Shown here piece by piece: positions 14,581-23,738 of a DNA stretch of 64,000 nt (position 1 is its first letter; the number at the start of each line of letters is the position of its first letter). Both the position numbers and the translations under genes were made by a program. The stretch comes from Planctomycetota bacterium (lineage in GTDB: Bacteria; Planctomycetota; B15-G4). A model generated the notes under the pieces. The model ran no database searches and was not told the DNA's origin. It saw only the letters and a program-made list of their open reading frames with translations. The DNA lies in the NCBI GenBank assembly GCA_965248575.1, contig CBDFJQ010000002.1, forward strand, positions 3,904,001 to 3,968,000, in the 5' to 3' direction.

Positions 14581-16395
14581 ATGTTCTCCACCGTCCACCA
14601 GCTCGCTGCGATTGCCCTGCTCATGACTCTTCAGAACCCCACCGACGCCAGCGCCAAGATCCAGTCAGCTCCTGACCCCGACGTCCCGGTCTCCAGTGGC
14701 GACCGCATCACCGGCGCAGCCTTTGCCACGCGCTCGCCGGTCTTGGGGACGCACGGCATGGTCTGCACCAGCCAGCCTCTGGCCGCGCAAGTGGGTCTCG
14801 ACATCCTCAAGGCGGGCGGCTCGGCGGTGGATGCAGCCATCGCCACCAATGCAGCGCTGGGTCTCATGGAACCCACGAGCAACGGCATTGGTGGCGATCT
14901 CTTCGTCATCTACTGGGACAACAAGAAGAAAGAACTGGTCGGTCTCAACGGCAGCGGTCGCTCGCCGGCGGGCGCAACGCTCGAACAGATGCGCAGCAAG
15001 CTGGAGCAGTTGGGTGTTACGGACATCCCCATGCGCGGTGCGCTTCCGGTTTCGGTGCCTGGCTGCGTCGATGGCTGGTTCAGCATGCACGAACGCTACG
15101 GCCGTTTGCCCATGGCGGATGTGCTGGCGCCCGCCATCCGCTACGCCCGGGAGGGTTTCCCCGTCACCCAGGTGATCGGCACCTACTGGCGTTGGTCGGA
15201 GCCGAGCTTCCGCGAGTTCCCTGAGTTTCAACGGGTGTTCATGCCGAACGGCCGCGCTCCTCGCGAGGGTGAGCTCTTCCGCAATCCCGATCTCGCAGCG
15301 ACTTATGAAGCCCTCGCCGCCGGAGGGCGGGAGGCCTTCTACGAAGGTGAGATGGCCGAGCGCATCGCCGCCTGTGTGCGCGAGAACGGCGGTTGGATGG
15401 AGGCGAGCGACCTTTCCACCCATCGCTCGGAATGGGTCGCGCCGGTCTCGGTCCCTTATCGCGGCTACCAGATGTGGGAGCTGCCGCCGAACGGGCAGGG
15501 CATCGCAGCGCTGCAGATGCTGCGCTTGCTGGAAGGGTACGGCGAGACCATCGGCGCCCAGGCCGGGGCCTGGGATGGCCTGGGATGGCACCGCCTGATC
15601 GAAGCCAAGAAGCTGGCCTATGAAGATCGTGCGCGTTTCTACACGGACCCGGACTTCGCGCCCGCCCCCATCGACTCGCTCTTGAGTGAGGAGTACGCCG
15701 CACTGCGACGCGCCCTCATCGACGATGAGCAGGCAGCCGACAGCTATGCGCCCGGCGACTTCCCCATCGAACACGGCGACACCATCTACCTCACCGTGGC
15801 GGACGCTGAGGGCAACGTCGCGTCCTGGATCCAGAGCAACTACGCGGGCTTCGGCAGCGGGCTGGTTCCCGAGGGTCTCGGCTTCGGACTGCAGAACCGC
15901 GGCAAGCTGTTTCACCTGGAGGAAGGCCACGCCAACATCTATGCGCCCAGCAAGCGGCCGTTCCACACCATCATTCCCGCCATGATGACCCGTGACGGCT
16001 TGCCAGTGATGTCCTTCGGCGTCATGGGCGGCGCCATGCAACCCCAGGGCCATGTGCAGGTCGTGTCCAACATCGTGGACCACGGCATGAATGTGCAGGA
16101 GGCGGGTGACGCCCCGCGCTGGCGTCACAGCGGTTCGTCACAACCGGACGGTGGCGAGATGACCGACGGCGGCGTGGTGCACCTCGAGAGTGGTGTGCCC
16201 CAGGCGCTGCGAGATGCTCTCGCAGCCCGCGGCCACACCCTGAGCATCCAGAGCGGCGGCTACGGTGGCTACCAAGCCATCTGGATCGACCGACTCAGTG
16301 CTGACGAATCAGGTGGGGGAGCCGCTGGGAGACCGAAGCGCGTCTACAGAGGAGCCAGCGAATCCAGGAAGGATGGCGCCGCGCTGGGCTGGTAG
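14581..16395 (+). CDS. ggt: Gamma-glutamyltransferase
   Basis: GGSAVDAAIA, GIGGDLF, ELPPNGQG, GDTIYLTV (N-terminal nucleophile Thr), KRPFHTIIP and GVMGG. Confidence 0.93.
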   Translation: MFSTVHQLAAIALLMTLQNPTDASAKIQSAPDPDVPVSSGDRITGAAFATRSPVLGTHGMVCTSQPLAAQVGLDILKAGGSAVDAAIATNAALGLMEPTSNGIGGDLFVIYWDNKKKELVGLNGSGRSPAGATLEQMRSKLEQLGVTDIPMRGALPVSVPGCVDGWFSMHERYGRLPMADVLAPAIRYAREGFPVTQVIGTYWRWSEPSFREFPEFQRVFMPNGRAPREGELFRNPDLAATYEALAAGGREAFYEGEMAERIAACVRENGGWMEASDLSTHRSEWVAPVSVPYRGYQMWELPPNGQGIAALQMLRLLEGYGETIGAQAGAWDGLGWHRLIEAKKLAYEDRARFYTDPDFAPAPIDSLLSEEYAALRRALIDDEQAADSYAPGDFPIEHGDTIYLTVADAEGNVASWIQSNYAGFGSGLVPEGLGFGLQNRGKLFHLEEGHANIYAPSKRPFHTIIPAMMTRDGLPVMSFGVMGGAMQPQGHVQVVSNIVDHGMNVQEAGDAPRWRHSGSSQPDGGEMTDGGVVHLESGVPQALRDALAARGHTLSIQSGGYGGYQAIWIDRLSADESGGGAAGRPKRVYRGASESRKDGAALGW

Positions 16396-17003
16396 TCCTC
16401 GGAGTCTTCGTGCAGTTCGGCGGGGCCGCCCACGATCGAAACGAGGTCTTCGAGGTGGCGGGTCACCCAAGGCAGGGCCTGGGTCGATGGCCGTTGAGCC
16501 GGGATGTCGGCCAGTTGGATCTCGACGCCCAGGCCACGCAGCCTGAGCGCCAGGGCGCCGGCTTCGGCACGGTTCAGTTCCCATGTGTCGATGCAGGAAG
16601 CGGGGCCTGTGCCAGGTCGGCGACTCGAACCGCCCGCACGGCTCGCGGTCAGCAGGGCCTGGAGTCGCCTTGCTAGCTGGCCCCAGGCCCGGTCCCGGGC
16701 GGCGCCGAGAATGCGACCCCGGAGAAGTGTTTGTCGCTGTTCCGTCAGGGCGTGCGACTCCGAACCGGGTTCTGTTTCGAGCTGAGCAGGGCACAGGATG
16801 CCGCGCAGGTCCTGCAGCGTTTCGCCCAGGGTACGTAGCGCGGCACGCGAACTGCGCAGTCGTTGGACGAGGCGACAGCACCGGCCGCAGCTTCGGGCGT
16901 GGGCGCTGAGTCGCTCCTGCATGGGGGCGGGCAGCTCGTGTTCTGCGAGGGCGAAGTGCAACAGCTTCGCGCGGGAGAGTTCCGTGCAGCGATGATAATT
17001 CAT
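16344..17003 (-). CDS. Putative zinc-binding anti-sigma factor (HxxxCxxC)
   Basis: N-terminal HARSCGRC; ATGA overlap with the upstream sigma factor stop. Confidence 0.6.
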   Translation of the reverse strand: MNYHRCTELSRAKLLHFALAEHELPAPMQERLSAHARSCGRCCRLVQRLRSSRAALRTLGETLQDLRGILCPAQLETEPGSESHALTEQRQTLLRGRILGAARDRAWGQLARRLQALLTASRAGGSSRRPGTGPASCIDTWELNRAEAGALALRLRGLGVEIQLADIPAQRPSTQALPWVTRHLEDLVSIVGGPAELHEDSEDYQPSAAPSFLDSLAPL

Positions 17004-17794
17004 CGGGTGAGCTCCTTGGACCGGGCCCCTGGGTCGTGACTGGGCTGGAAGTGTGCGCGGGTGGGGGAGGCCGCGGCGGAAACAGAAGGGTGAGCGGGGA
17101 TGGAACGGTCGATGGCCAGCAGCAGGCGCTCTCGGGCGCGCTTCAAGACCATGCCCACCTGGGAGCGCGGCAGCTCCATGACCAAGGCGATCTGGTCGTA
17201 GCTCAAGCTCTCCAACTCGCGGCAGATGAGGATGCGGCGGTCGCGCACCTTGAGGCCATGGAAGCAGCGCCCGACCACGGCAAGCATCAAGGTGCCCAGC
17301 CTGGGAAGGGGGCCGCTCCGCTCTCGGACTTCTGCGGACCATGCAGGATCGACGGTGTGGCGCTGAGGAGCCTCGCGCTCTTCGTAACGAATGGCCCGGG
17401 CCCGCGCCCTGCGCATGAGGCGCAGCTGATTCAGGGCATCAAAGCGCATCATGGTGTAGGCCAAGGCCAGGAAGCGGCGGACGGGTGCCTGTGTCTGCAG
17501 CTTGTGTTTGCGCACGTCCGTGAACAGGCGCGCCATGAAGGACGCCACCAGGTCTTCGGGTTCGATCACGAGGGCCAGGCGGCGCGCGACTCCTGAGGCC
17601 ACCTGAAAGAGTCGCAGCTGGGTCAGCTCGACCAAGGCGGTGAAGGCCTCCACGTCGTCATGAGTCCTGAACTGTTGGAGCAGCTGGCCCGCGAGGCACT
17701 CGAGGTGTTCGTCGTTGCGCGGGTCGTAGGGGGTGGGCACGTTGAGAGCGGGGCTCAGCGGTCCGTGGCGGAGGCGCTCCACGAGCGACGCCAT
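17000..17794 (-). CDS. ECF-type RNA polymerase sigma factor
   Basis: Region 2-like EAFTALV...EDLVASF; region 4 RRILICRELESLSYDQIA...LKRARERL. Confidence 0.8.
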   Translation of the reverse strand: MASLVERLRHGPLSPALNVPTPYDPRNDEHLECLAGQLLQQFRTHDDVEAFTALVELTQLRLFQVASGVARRLALVIEPEDLVASFMARLFTDVRKHKLQTQAPVRRFLALAYTMMRFDALNQLRLMRRARARAIRYEEREAPQRHTVDPAWSAEVRERSGPLPRLGTLMLAVVGRCFHGLKVRDRRILICRELESLSYDQIALVMELPRSQVGMVLKRARERLLLAIDRSIPAHPSVSAAASPTRAHFQPSHDPGARSKELTR

Positions 17795-18107
17795 GGCTGA
17801 AGCCCGTGGCTTCGGTGCCGCTCCGCTCTGGGCATCTGCTCCTGTCACTCGCTCGACTCCCTGTCCTGTGTCCTGGCCATAGTCCCGTCGTGCCCCGAAG
17901 TGACCGGGGCCCTCGCGCTGGCCAGACCAAGTGGCCGGGGGCGCCCCTGGGCCGAGCCCCTCAACCCGGTGATCCAAGGACGCCTGACCGGCGCAACGGC
18001 TCCTCGCTGGGCCGTCGAACCGGATGCTGCCCCGACGGAGCGAGAATAACGGGCTTTTTCAGGCCCGGGCGCTGCTTGCGGCCAGAACGTTTGTTCCGGC
18101 AACCGCC

Positions 18108-19733
18108 TCAGCGGTCCAGGGCTTGGATCGTCCTGGAGAAGCCCACGGTGTTGTCGAGGCTCTCATCCTGCGTGTTGGTCAGGATGTACTCGAAGGTGAC
18201 GCTCTGCTGGCCGTTCACGTGAATCAGGAAGAACCCGGCCTGCCGCGAGCCGAGGGCCGGCTCGTCGTAGTCCGCGACGCCGTTCCCGTCCCAATCCATC
18301 TCCTTCTTGAAGCTGTTGGGTTGGGCCCAGCTGGCACCGTAGTAACCCGCGCGCCCGCCCTTCACGTGGAAGGTGCGCGTGCCCTGGCCCGCAGCGTCGA
18401 GCTTTTCGGTGGGGGTGATGGCCAGGTGGTCGTGCCCCGACAAGAAGAAGGTCGCGCCGCCGTTTGTCGTGTGCTGCTCCTCGAGCAGTTGGATGACCGC
18501 CTGCTCTCCCTTGAAGACTCCGGTGACCTTGTTGGTCTCATCGGTGAGGGGCGTGCTGGGGTCGTCGACCGTGGCGCGCAACCCGCCCCGCCCGTAGTAG
18601 TAGTTGGCGCCGAGCAGGAGGGGCGTGGGTTCGCCGCCGTCGAGATGCTCCGCGAAGAGGAACTTCCACTTGGCCTGAGAGGCGCTGAGCACCGAGGACA
18701 GCCAGAGCATCTGGGCATCGCCCAGGGTCCAGTCGTTGGCCGTCTGGGGCTTGGTGACCGTGAAGCGCATCACGTCGATCACGACGATCAGCGCATCGCC
18801 TGATTCGAAGGCGTAGTAGTGGCCCTCGGCGTCACCCGGATACACCTGGGCCGGATTGGTGAAGGTGTTGAGGCGGGCGGTCTCGCTGGAGCTTCGCAGC
18901 GCGTTGGAGAACCAACCCCCTTCGCCGTCGTGGTTGCCGAGCACATACACGAAGGGGATGTCGCTGGTGATCTGGCCGTACTCATCCGGGCCGAAGGACA
19001 CGTCGTATCTGTTCTGTGCCTCCTGCACGGTGAAGGCGGAGCCAGGGGCGTAGGTCACCCCCTCGTGGGTACCGCCCTCGCAGCTGCACTGGGTCTGGAC
19101 GAAGTCGCCGCCGATCATGAGCCAGTGCGGTTTGCGCTTCCGGATGTTGGCGATGGTCTTCTGGAAACGCTGCTGGGCCCCGGGTTTGGCGGCGAACTGC
19201 ATGTCGGCCCAGGCCTCGTAGTGATGCGAGTCGGTGGCGTAGGCAAAGCTGAAGGGTCGGCCCGGCTGTGGCAACGTCTGGAAGCTGTGCAGCGCCCGCG
19301 GCAGGAAGCGTCCGCTGCTGGCGACCGTGGCGACATGCACCCGGTAGAAGTAGCGGGTGTTCTGCTGCAGGCCTTTCAGGATCAGCTCGAGGGGCTGTCC
19401 CGCCGTGAGGCTGTACTCCATGCTCTGGGAATCGAGTCGCTGCGCGGAAGTGCCGTAGCGCACGAAGGCGACGACGTCGGTGCGCGGTGTCATCCTCAGG
19501 GTGACGCCCTCGTGGGTGGGAGTCATCAGCGTTTCGGCGATGATGAAGTCGGCATCACCGGTTTGGACGAGGCCCGGATTCAAGAGCGGGCTCGAGGGTG
19601 GACCGGGGCCGGGACCGGGGCCGGGGACTGGATGCAGGGCCAGCGCTTCAAGGGGCCGCAGCAGCCCGAGACTGCACGCAAGCAGCACAGCTGTGCCACA
19701 GAGAAGGGGGATCTTGCGCAGGGGCGACACCAT
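18108..19733 (-). CDS. Secreted calcineurin-like metallophosphoesterase (purple-acid-phosphatase-type N-domain)
   Basis: Signal peptide, Pro-Gly linker and TDSH, GGD, GNHD, SGHDH motifs; start taken at ATG 19733. Confidence 0.85.
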   Translation of the reverse strand: MVSPLRKIPLLCGTAVLLACSLGLLRPLEALALHPVPGPGPGPGPPSSPLLNPGLVQTGDADFIIAETLMTPTHEGVTLRMTPRTDVVAFVRYGTSAQRLDSQSMEYSLTAGQPLELILKGLQQNTRYFYRVHVATVASSGRFLPRALHSFQTLPQPGRPFSFAYATDSHHYEAWADMQFAAKPGAQQRFQKTIANIRKRKPHWLMIGGDFVQTQCSCEGGTHEGVTYAPGSAFTVQEAQNRYDVSFGPDEYGQITSDIPFVYVLGNHDGEGGWFSNALRSSSETARLNTFTNPAQVYPGDAEGHYYAFESGDALIVVIDVMRFTVTKPQTANDWTLGDAQMLWLSSVLSASQAKWKFLFAEHLDGGEPTPLLLGANYYYGRGGLRATVDDPSTPLTDETNKVTGVFKGEQAVIQLLEEQHTTNGGATFFLSGHDHLAITPTEKLDAAGQGTRTFHVKGGRAGYYGASWAQPNSFKKEMDWDGNGVADYDEPALGSRQAGFFLIHVNGQQSVTFEYILTNTQDESLDNTVGFSRTIQALDR

Positions 19734-19862
19734 GAGTGGAAAGCTACCACGGAAAAACGCTCCTGGGCGCCGGATCGGCGGCTGCGGGCATGCTCCGTCC
19801 ACACCGATGTGTGCCGGGCGAGGTAGCATCGGCCGCCCGCAGCGCGTCGCCGGAAACCCAGC

Positions 19863-21530
19863 TTGAAGCTCACGCCCATTCACCGGATCCAGGGGACCGG
19901 CCTCTTCTCGCCTCTGAACGGCCAGGACGTCCTCACCCGGGGCGTTGTGATCGGACAGACGCGCCGGGGCTTCTTCGTACAGGACCCGGAGGGTGAGTTG
20001 GACGACGAGGTGTCGCACGGGATCTTCGTGTACGAGCGCAAACGCCGGCCCCCGATCGGGAGCTTGGTGGAAGTCTTCGGCAAGGCCATCGACTACAGCT
20101 TCGGGGAGAACGCGCGCCCCACAACGCAGATCGAGGAGCGGGCGACCCAGGTCCTGGCGGAAGCGGGCCCGCGCATCGAGCCCGTCTGGCTCACGATGGA
20201 GCGCCTGCTGGTTTCCCACGCGCGCTTGAGTGCGTACCTGAACGGGCTGGAAGGCATGTTGGTGGGCGTGCCCGCGGGCTCGTCTTTCGTGGCGCCGAGC
20301 AACCCCTTCGGCGACTACGTGGTCTTGCCGCCGCAAGGGACGTCGCAGATCCAGCTCACGCGTACGACCCAGGGCGGCGTCCTGATCGACCCGCAGCAAC
20401 CCGATCGCTGGCTGCCGGGCTTCCGCGTGTTGGACTACGGCGACGCGCCCCAGGTGCACGTGGGCGCGGAGTTGCTGGAGCCCATCACCGGCCCGCTGAA
20501 CTTCCGGGTGGCCTCGTATCAGATCGCGACCGAGGGTCCCATCCGCGTGGGTGCTGCGCAGGTGAAGCGCCCGAGCACATCGCTGCGGGGGGACGACTCA
20601 CGCGTGACGGTGTTGACCCTCAACGTGTTCAATCTGGACGCGCAACTGGAGCGTGCCGAGCGGGTGAAGGACCCACGGCGCGACATCGATGACGACCTCG
20701 GCAGCGGGCGCTTCGCCGGCCTGGCCGAGGCCATCGTGCGGGACGCCGGGGCGCCGGACATCGTGGCGCTGCAGGAGATCCAGGACGACGACGGCGCGGA
20801 GCTCTCAGCGGTGGTCAGCGCGGGGCACACCTTGGAGAGCCTGGCAGATGCCGTGCTGCGCGCGGGTGGGCCCCGCTACCGCTGGGTGGATGCGCCGCCG
20901 GAGGCTGGCGCCGATGGTGGGCAGCCGGGCGGGAACATCCGCAACGCCTTCCTCTACGAACCGACGCGGGTGGCGCTAGTGGACGTCAGCGTGCAGCGGC
21001 TCGGCGAAGACGACGACGTTTTCGCCGACTCGCGCAAACCTCTCGCCGCGCGCTTCCGCATGCAGGGCGGGGGCGGTGAGCTGGAGATCATCAATGTGCA
21101 CCTCGCGTCCAAGCGGCATCAGAACGGGCTCTTTGCCCCCGAGCGGCCGGGCTTCGATTCACGTCTAGGCCTGCGGGTGCGGCAGGCCGAGTGCGTGGGC
21201 CGGCACATGGCGAGCCTGCGGGCGGCCGGCGTGGACTACTACGTGACCGGCGACTTCAACGACTTCGAATTCAGTGAGACCTTGGCTGCCTTGGTGGGTG
21301 AGAGCAGCGTCAATCTGGTGGATCACGTGCCGGCCGCGCTGCGCTACGACTACAACCACAGGGGCATCTCCCAGGCGCTCATGCACGGCATCGTGGCCAA
21401 GCGCCAACTCGACGGCCGTGAGGCTGACTACGAGATCCTGCACACCAACGCCTTGCTCGGAGTGCGCCCGGGGGAGACCGTCGCCAAGGCCAGCGACCAC
21501 GCCTATGTGATCGCGCGCTTGGAGTTGTGA
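19863..21530 (+). CDS. Endonuclease/exonuclease/phosphatase family nuclease with N-terminal OB fold
   Basis: IHRIQG, GFFVQD..D..SHGIFV, NVFNL, ALQEIQD, GDFND and SDH. Confidence 0.85.
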   Translation: MKLTPIHRIQGTGLFSPLNGQDVLTRGVVIGQTRRGFFVQDPEGELDDEVSHGIFVYERKRRPPIGSLVEVFGKAIDYSFGENARPTTQIEERATQVLAEAGPRIEPVWLTMERLLVSHARLSAYLNGLEGMLVGVPAGSSFVAPSNPFGDYVVLPPQGTSQIQLTRTTQGGVLIDPQQPDRWLPGFRVLDYGDAPQVHVGAELLEPITGPLNFRVASYQIATEGPIRVGAAQVKRPSTSLRGDDSRVTVLTLNVFNLDAQLERAERVKDPRRDIDDDLGSGRFAGLAEAIVRDAGAPDIVALQEIQDDDGAELSAVVSAGHTLESLADAVLRAGGPRYRWVDAPPEAGADGGQPGGNIRNAFLYEPTRVALVDVSVQRLGEDDDVFADSRKPLAARFRMQGGGGELEIINVHLASKRHQNGLFAPERPGFDSRLGLRVRQAECVGRHMASLRAAGVDYYVTGDFNDFEFSETLAALVGESSVNLVDHVPAALRYDYNHRGISQALMHGIVAKRQLDGREADYEILHTNALLGVRPGETVAKASDHAYVIARLEL

Positions 21531-21570
21531 GCTGTTGCTCGTGGCGCGAGTCACGCGACTTCCCCGCTGC

Positions 21571-23604
21571 TCAGGGCGTGATGGCTTTCAACCCGTTGGT
21601 CAGCGTGATGCCAGCGGGCACCGACGCATCCTGGACCAGGAACTGCAGCCAGAACTCTGTGCCCACCGGGATGTTGTTGGGCCAGGTCAGGGACTGGGTC
21701 CATACGCCGCTGGGGTCGCTGAAGCGCAGGAACTGTGCGCTGGGCGGGTTGGCGAAGAGCGTGCCGTTGAAGATGTCGAGGGGCGTCGAAGCGAACGAAA
21801 GCCAAGCCAGGAGAGCCGTGCTGGGCGGCGCCCCTTTCAGGTCGAGAGTCAGGAGCGAGCCGGGGGCCAGTGAGCCGAACAGGGGCCGCAGAACAGGCTG
21901 ATGGTTCGTGCTGCCTGCGTTGCCGCCGAGGTGGACCCAAGGTGCTTCGACGAAGGAGTTCTCGTGCCACGCGAGGATGTCGAGCCCGGAGGCGCCGGTG
22001 AGCACGTCGGGGTCGCCGTCGCCATCGAAGTCGGCGGCCACGATGGCCCTGGGCTGACCACCCCCACCCCCAATGACTTGCTCCGGGCCGAAGCCCCCCT
22101 GACCATCCGTGTTCTCGTACCAGGTGAAGGAACCGTCGAGGTAGGAAGCCGCGAGCACATCGGGGTCGCCGTCCCCGTCGATGTCGGCCGTGTGTGTTGC
22201 ACGCACGCCGAAAGCTTGATCCGTCACGAGCTGACCGAGACCCAGGTTCCCCAAGCCGTCCGAGTTCGGGTACCAGATCACGGTGTCGTTGGCGAAGTGC
22301 GCGATGAGCACGTCCGTGTCGCCATCCATGTCCATGTCGTCCGTGTGCACATCGTTGGCGAAGATGGGCACGGCGAGGACGGTTTGGGCGGGGCCGAAGC
22401 TACCGGCTCCGTCGAGGTTCTCCGCCCAATGCAGGTTCGCCGTGAGGAAGAGCACGTCGAGGTCTGCGTCGCCGTCCATGTCGGCTACAGCCAGCGCCCC
22501 GGCGCCCTCGAAGAATCCAGCAATCAGGTTCAGTGGTCCGAAGGTCCCGAGACCATCCGTGTTCTCGAACCAGCCCACGGACAGGTCGGATTCGAAGGTC
22601 GCGATGACATCCATGTCTCCGTCACCATCGACATCCCTGGCGAGGACCTCGTGTGCGCCCATGGGGTCGATGCTGATCGGCGGTTGCTCCACGAAGCTTC
22701 CCAGGCCGTTCGTGTTCCGGTACCAAGCCAGCTTCCCATCGTTGAAGGACGCGGAGAGCAGATCCATGTCGCCGTCGCCATCGAGATCGGCAGCGTCAAC
22801 GCCGCGGGCGTCGTCGGCCGCTGTTGAGATGACCTTCTCCGGGCCGAAGCTGCCCAGGCCGTCGATGTTCTCGTACCACGCCACGGTGTCGTCGTCGCGC
22901 GAAGTACAGAGGGCATCCAGGTCGCCATCCGAGTCGAGGTCGGCTGCGGAGATGGCCCACAACTCCTCGATCGTAAGGCTGAAAATCTGCTTCAATCCCA
23001 GGGCTTTGGGGAGAACGGTGATGAACTCCGATTTCACCACGGTGTCCGTCGTGCTACCCGCGTTGGCCACCAAGCTCACCGTGTAGAGCGTGGGGGCGGC
23101 CACGAACTGATAGGTATGGGTGGGGTGCTGCAGCGTCGAGCTGTTGCCGTCGCCGAAGTCCCAATCCCAAGAGGTGAGGTTCGCACCGGAAGACGTGTCC
23201 GTGAAGTTCACCTGGAGGGGTTGGTTGCCCTGCAGCACCGAGGCTGTGAAGTCCGCCGCGATCGTGACAGGCTGCGCCACGATGAGGTCCACCTTGACCT
23301 CGATGTCCGTCTCGAAGGGTGAGACCTTGGTGACGAACAGTGTGACGCTGTAGGTGCCCGGCTCGGTGTACTGGTGCACCGGGTGGTCAGCCGAGGAGAC
23401 GTTGCCATCCCCAAACTGCCAGAGTTGCGTGAAACCCGGCCCGGTCGGCGCGAGGTTGGTGAAGCTCACAGTGTGCGCGATGGGGCCGGTGGTAGCGGAG
23501 GTGCTGAAGTCAGCGACCAGCTGGCCGAAGGCGGGGGCCGCAGCAGCCAAGGCCAAGGTGAGGCAGAGGACGCTCTTCCGAACTCGATCCAGCGAAGGGC
23601 CCAT
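21571..23604 (-). CDS. Secreted PKD + FG-GAP (VCBS) repeat protein
   Basis: Signal peptide, two PKD domains (WQFGDG, WDFGDG) and about 7 DxDGDGDxD repeats. Confidence 0.88.
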   Translation of the reverse strand: MGPSLDRVRKSVLCLTLALAAAAPAFGQLVADFSTSATTGPIAHTVSFTNLAPTGPGFTQLWQFGDGNVSSADHPVHQYTEPGTYSVTLFVTKVSPFETDIEVKVDLIVAQPVTIAADFTASVLQGNQPLQVNFTDTSSGANLTSWDWDFGDGNSSTLQHPTHTYQFVAAPTLYTVSLVANAGSTTDTVVKSEFITVLPKALGLKQIFSLTIEELWAISAADLDSDGDLDALCTSRDDDTVAWYENIDGLGSFGPEKVISTAADDARGVDAADLDGDGDMDLLSASFNDGKLAWYRNTNGLGSFVEQPPISIDPMGAHEVLARDVDGDGDMDVIATFESDLSVGWFENTDGLGTFGPLNLIAGFFEGAGALAVADMDGDADLDVLFLTANLHWAENLDGAGSFGPAQTVLAVPIFANDVHTDDMDMDGDTDVLIAHFANDTVIWYPNSDGLGNLGLGQLVTDQAFGVRATHTADIDGDGDPDVLAASYLDGSFTWYENTDGQGGFGPEQVIGGGGGQPRAIVAADFDGDGDPDVLTGASGLDILAWHENSFVEAPWVHLGGNAGSTNHQPVLRPLFGSLAPGSLLTLDLKGAPPSTALLAWLSFASTPLDIFNGTLFANPPSAQFLRFSDPSGVWTQSLTWPNNIPVGTEFWLQFLVQDASVPAGITLTNGLKAITP

Positions 23605-23738
23605 GGACTGATCTCCCGTTCGAGTGTGCGCAGCAAGCTGCCGCGACCATCTCCGGGAGCAGTGTACGTCGGGTTTCCGAACTTGGGGCGCTGGGGCCAG
23701 CGACGGCCGAGGTGTCGCCGGATGGCCCCGTCAGCCCC

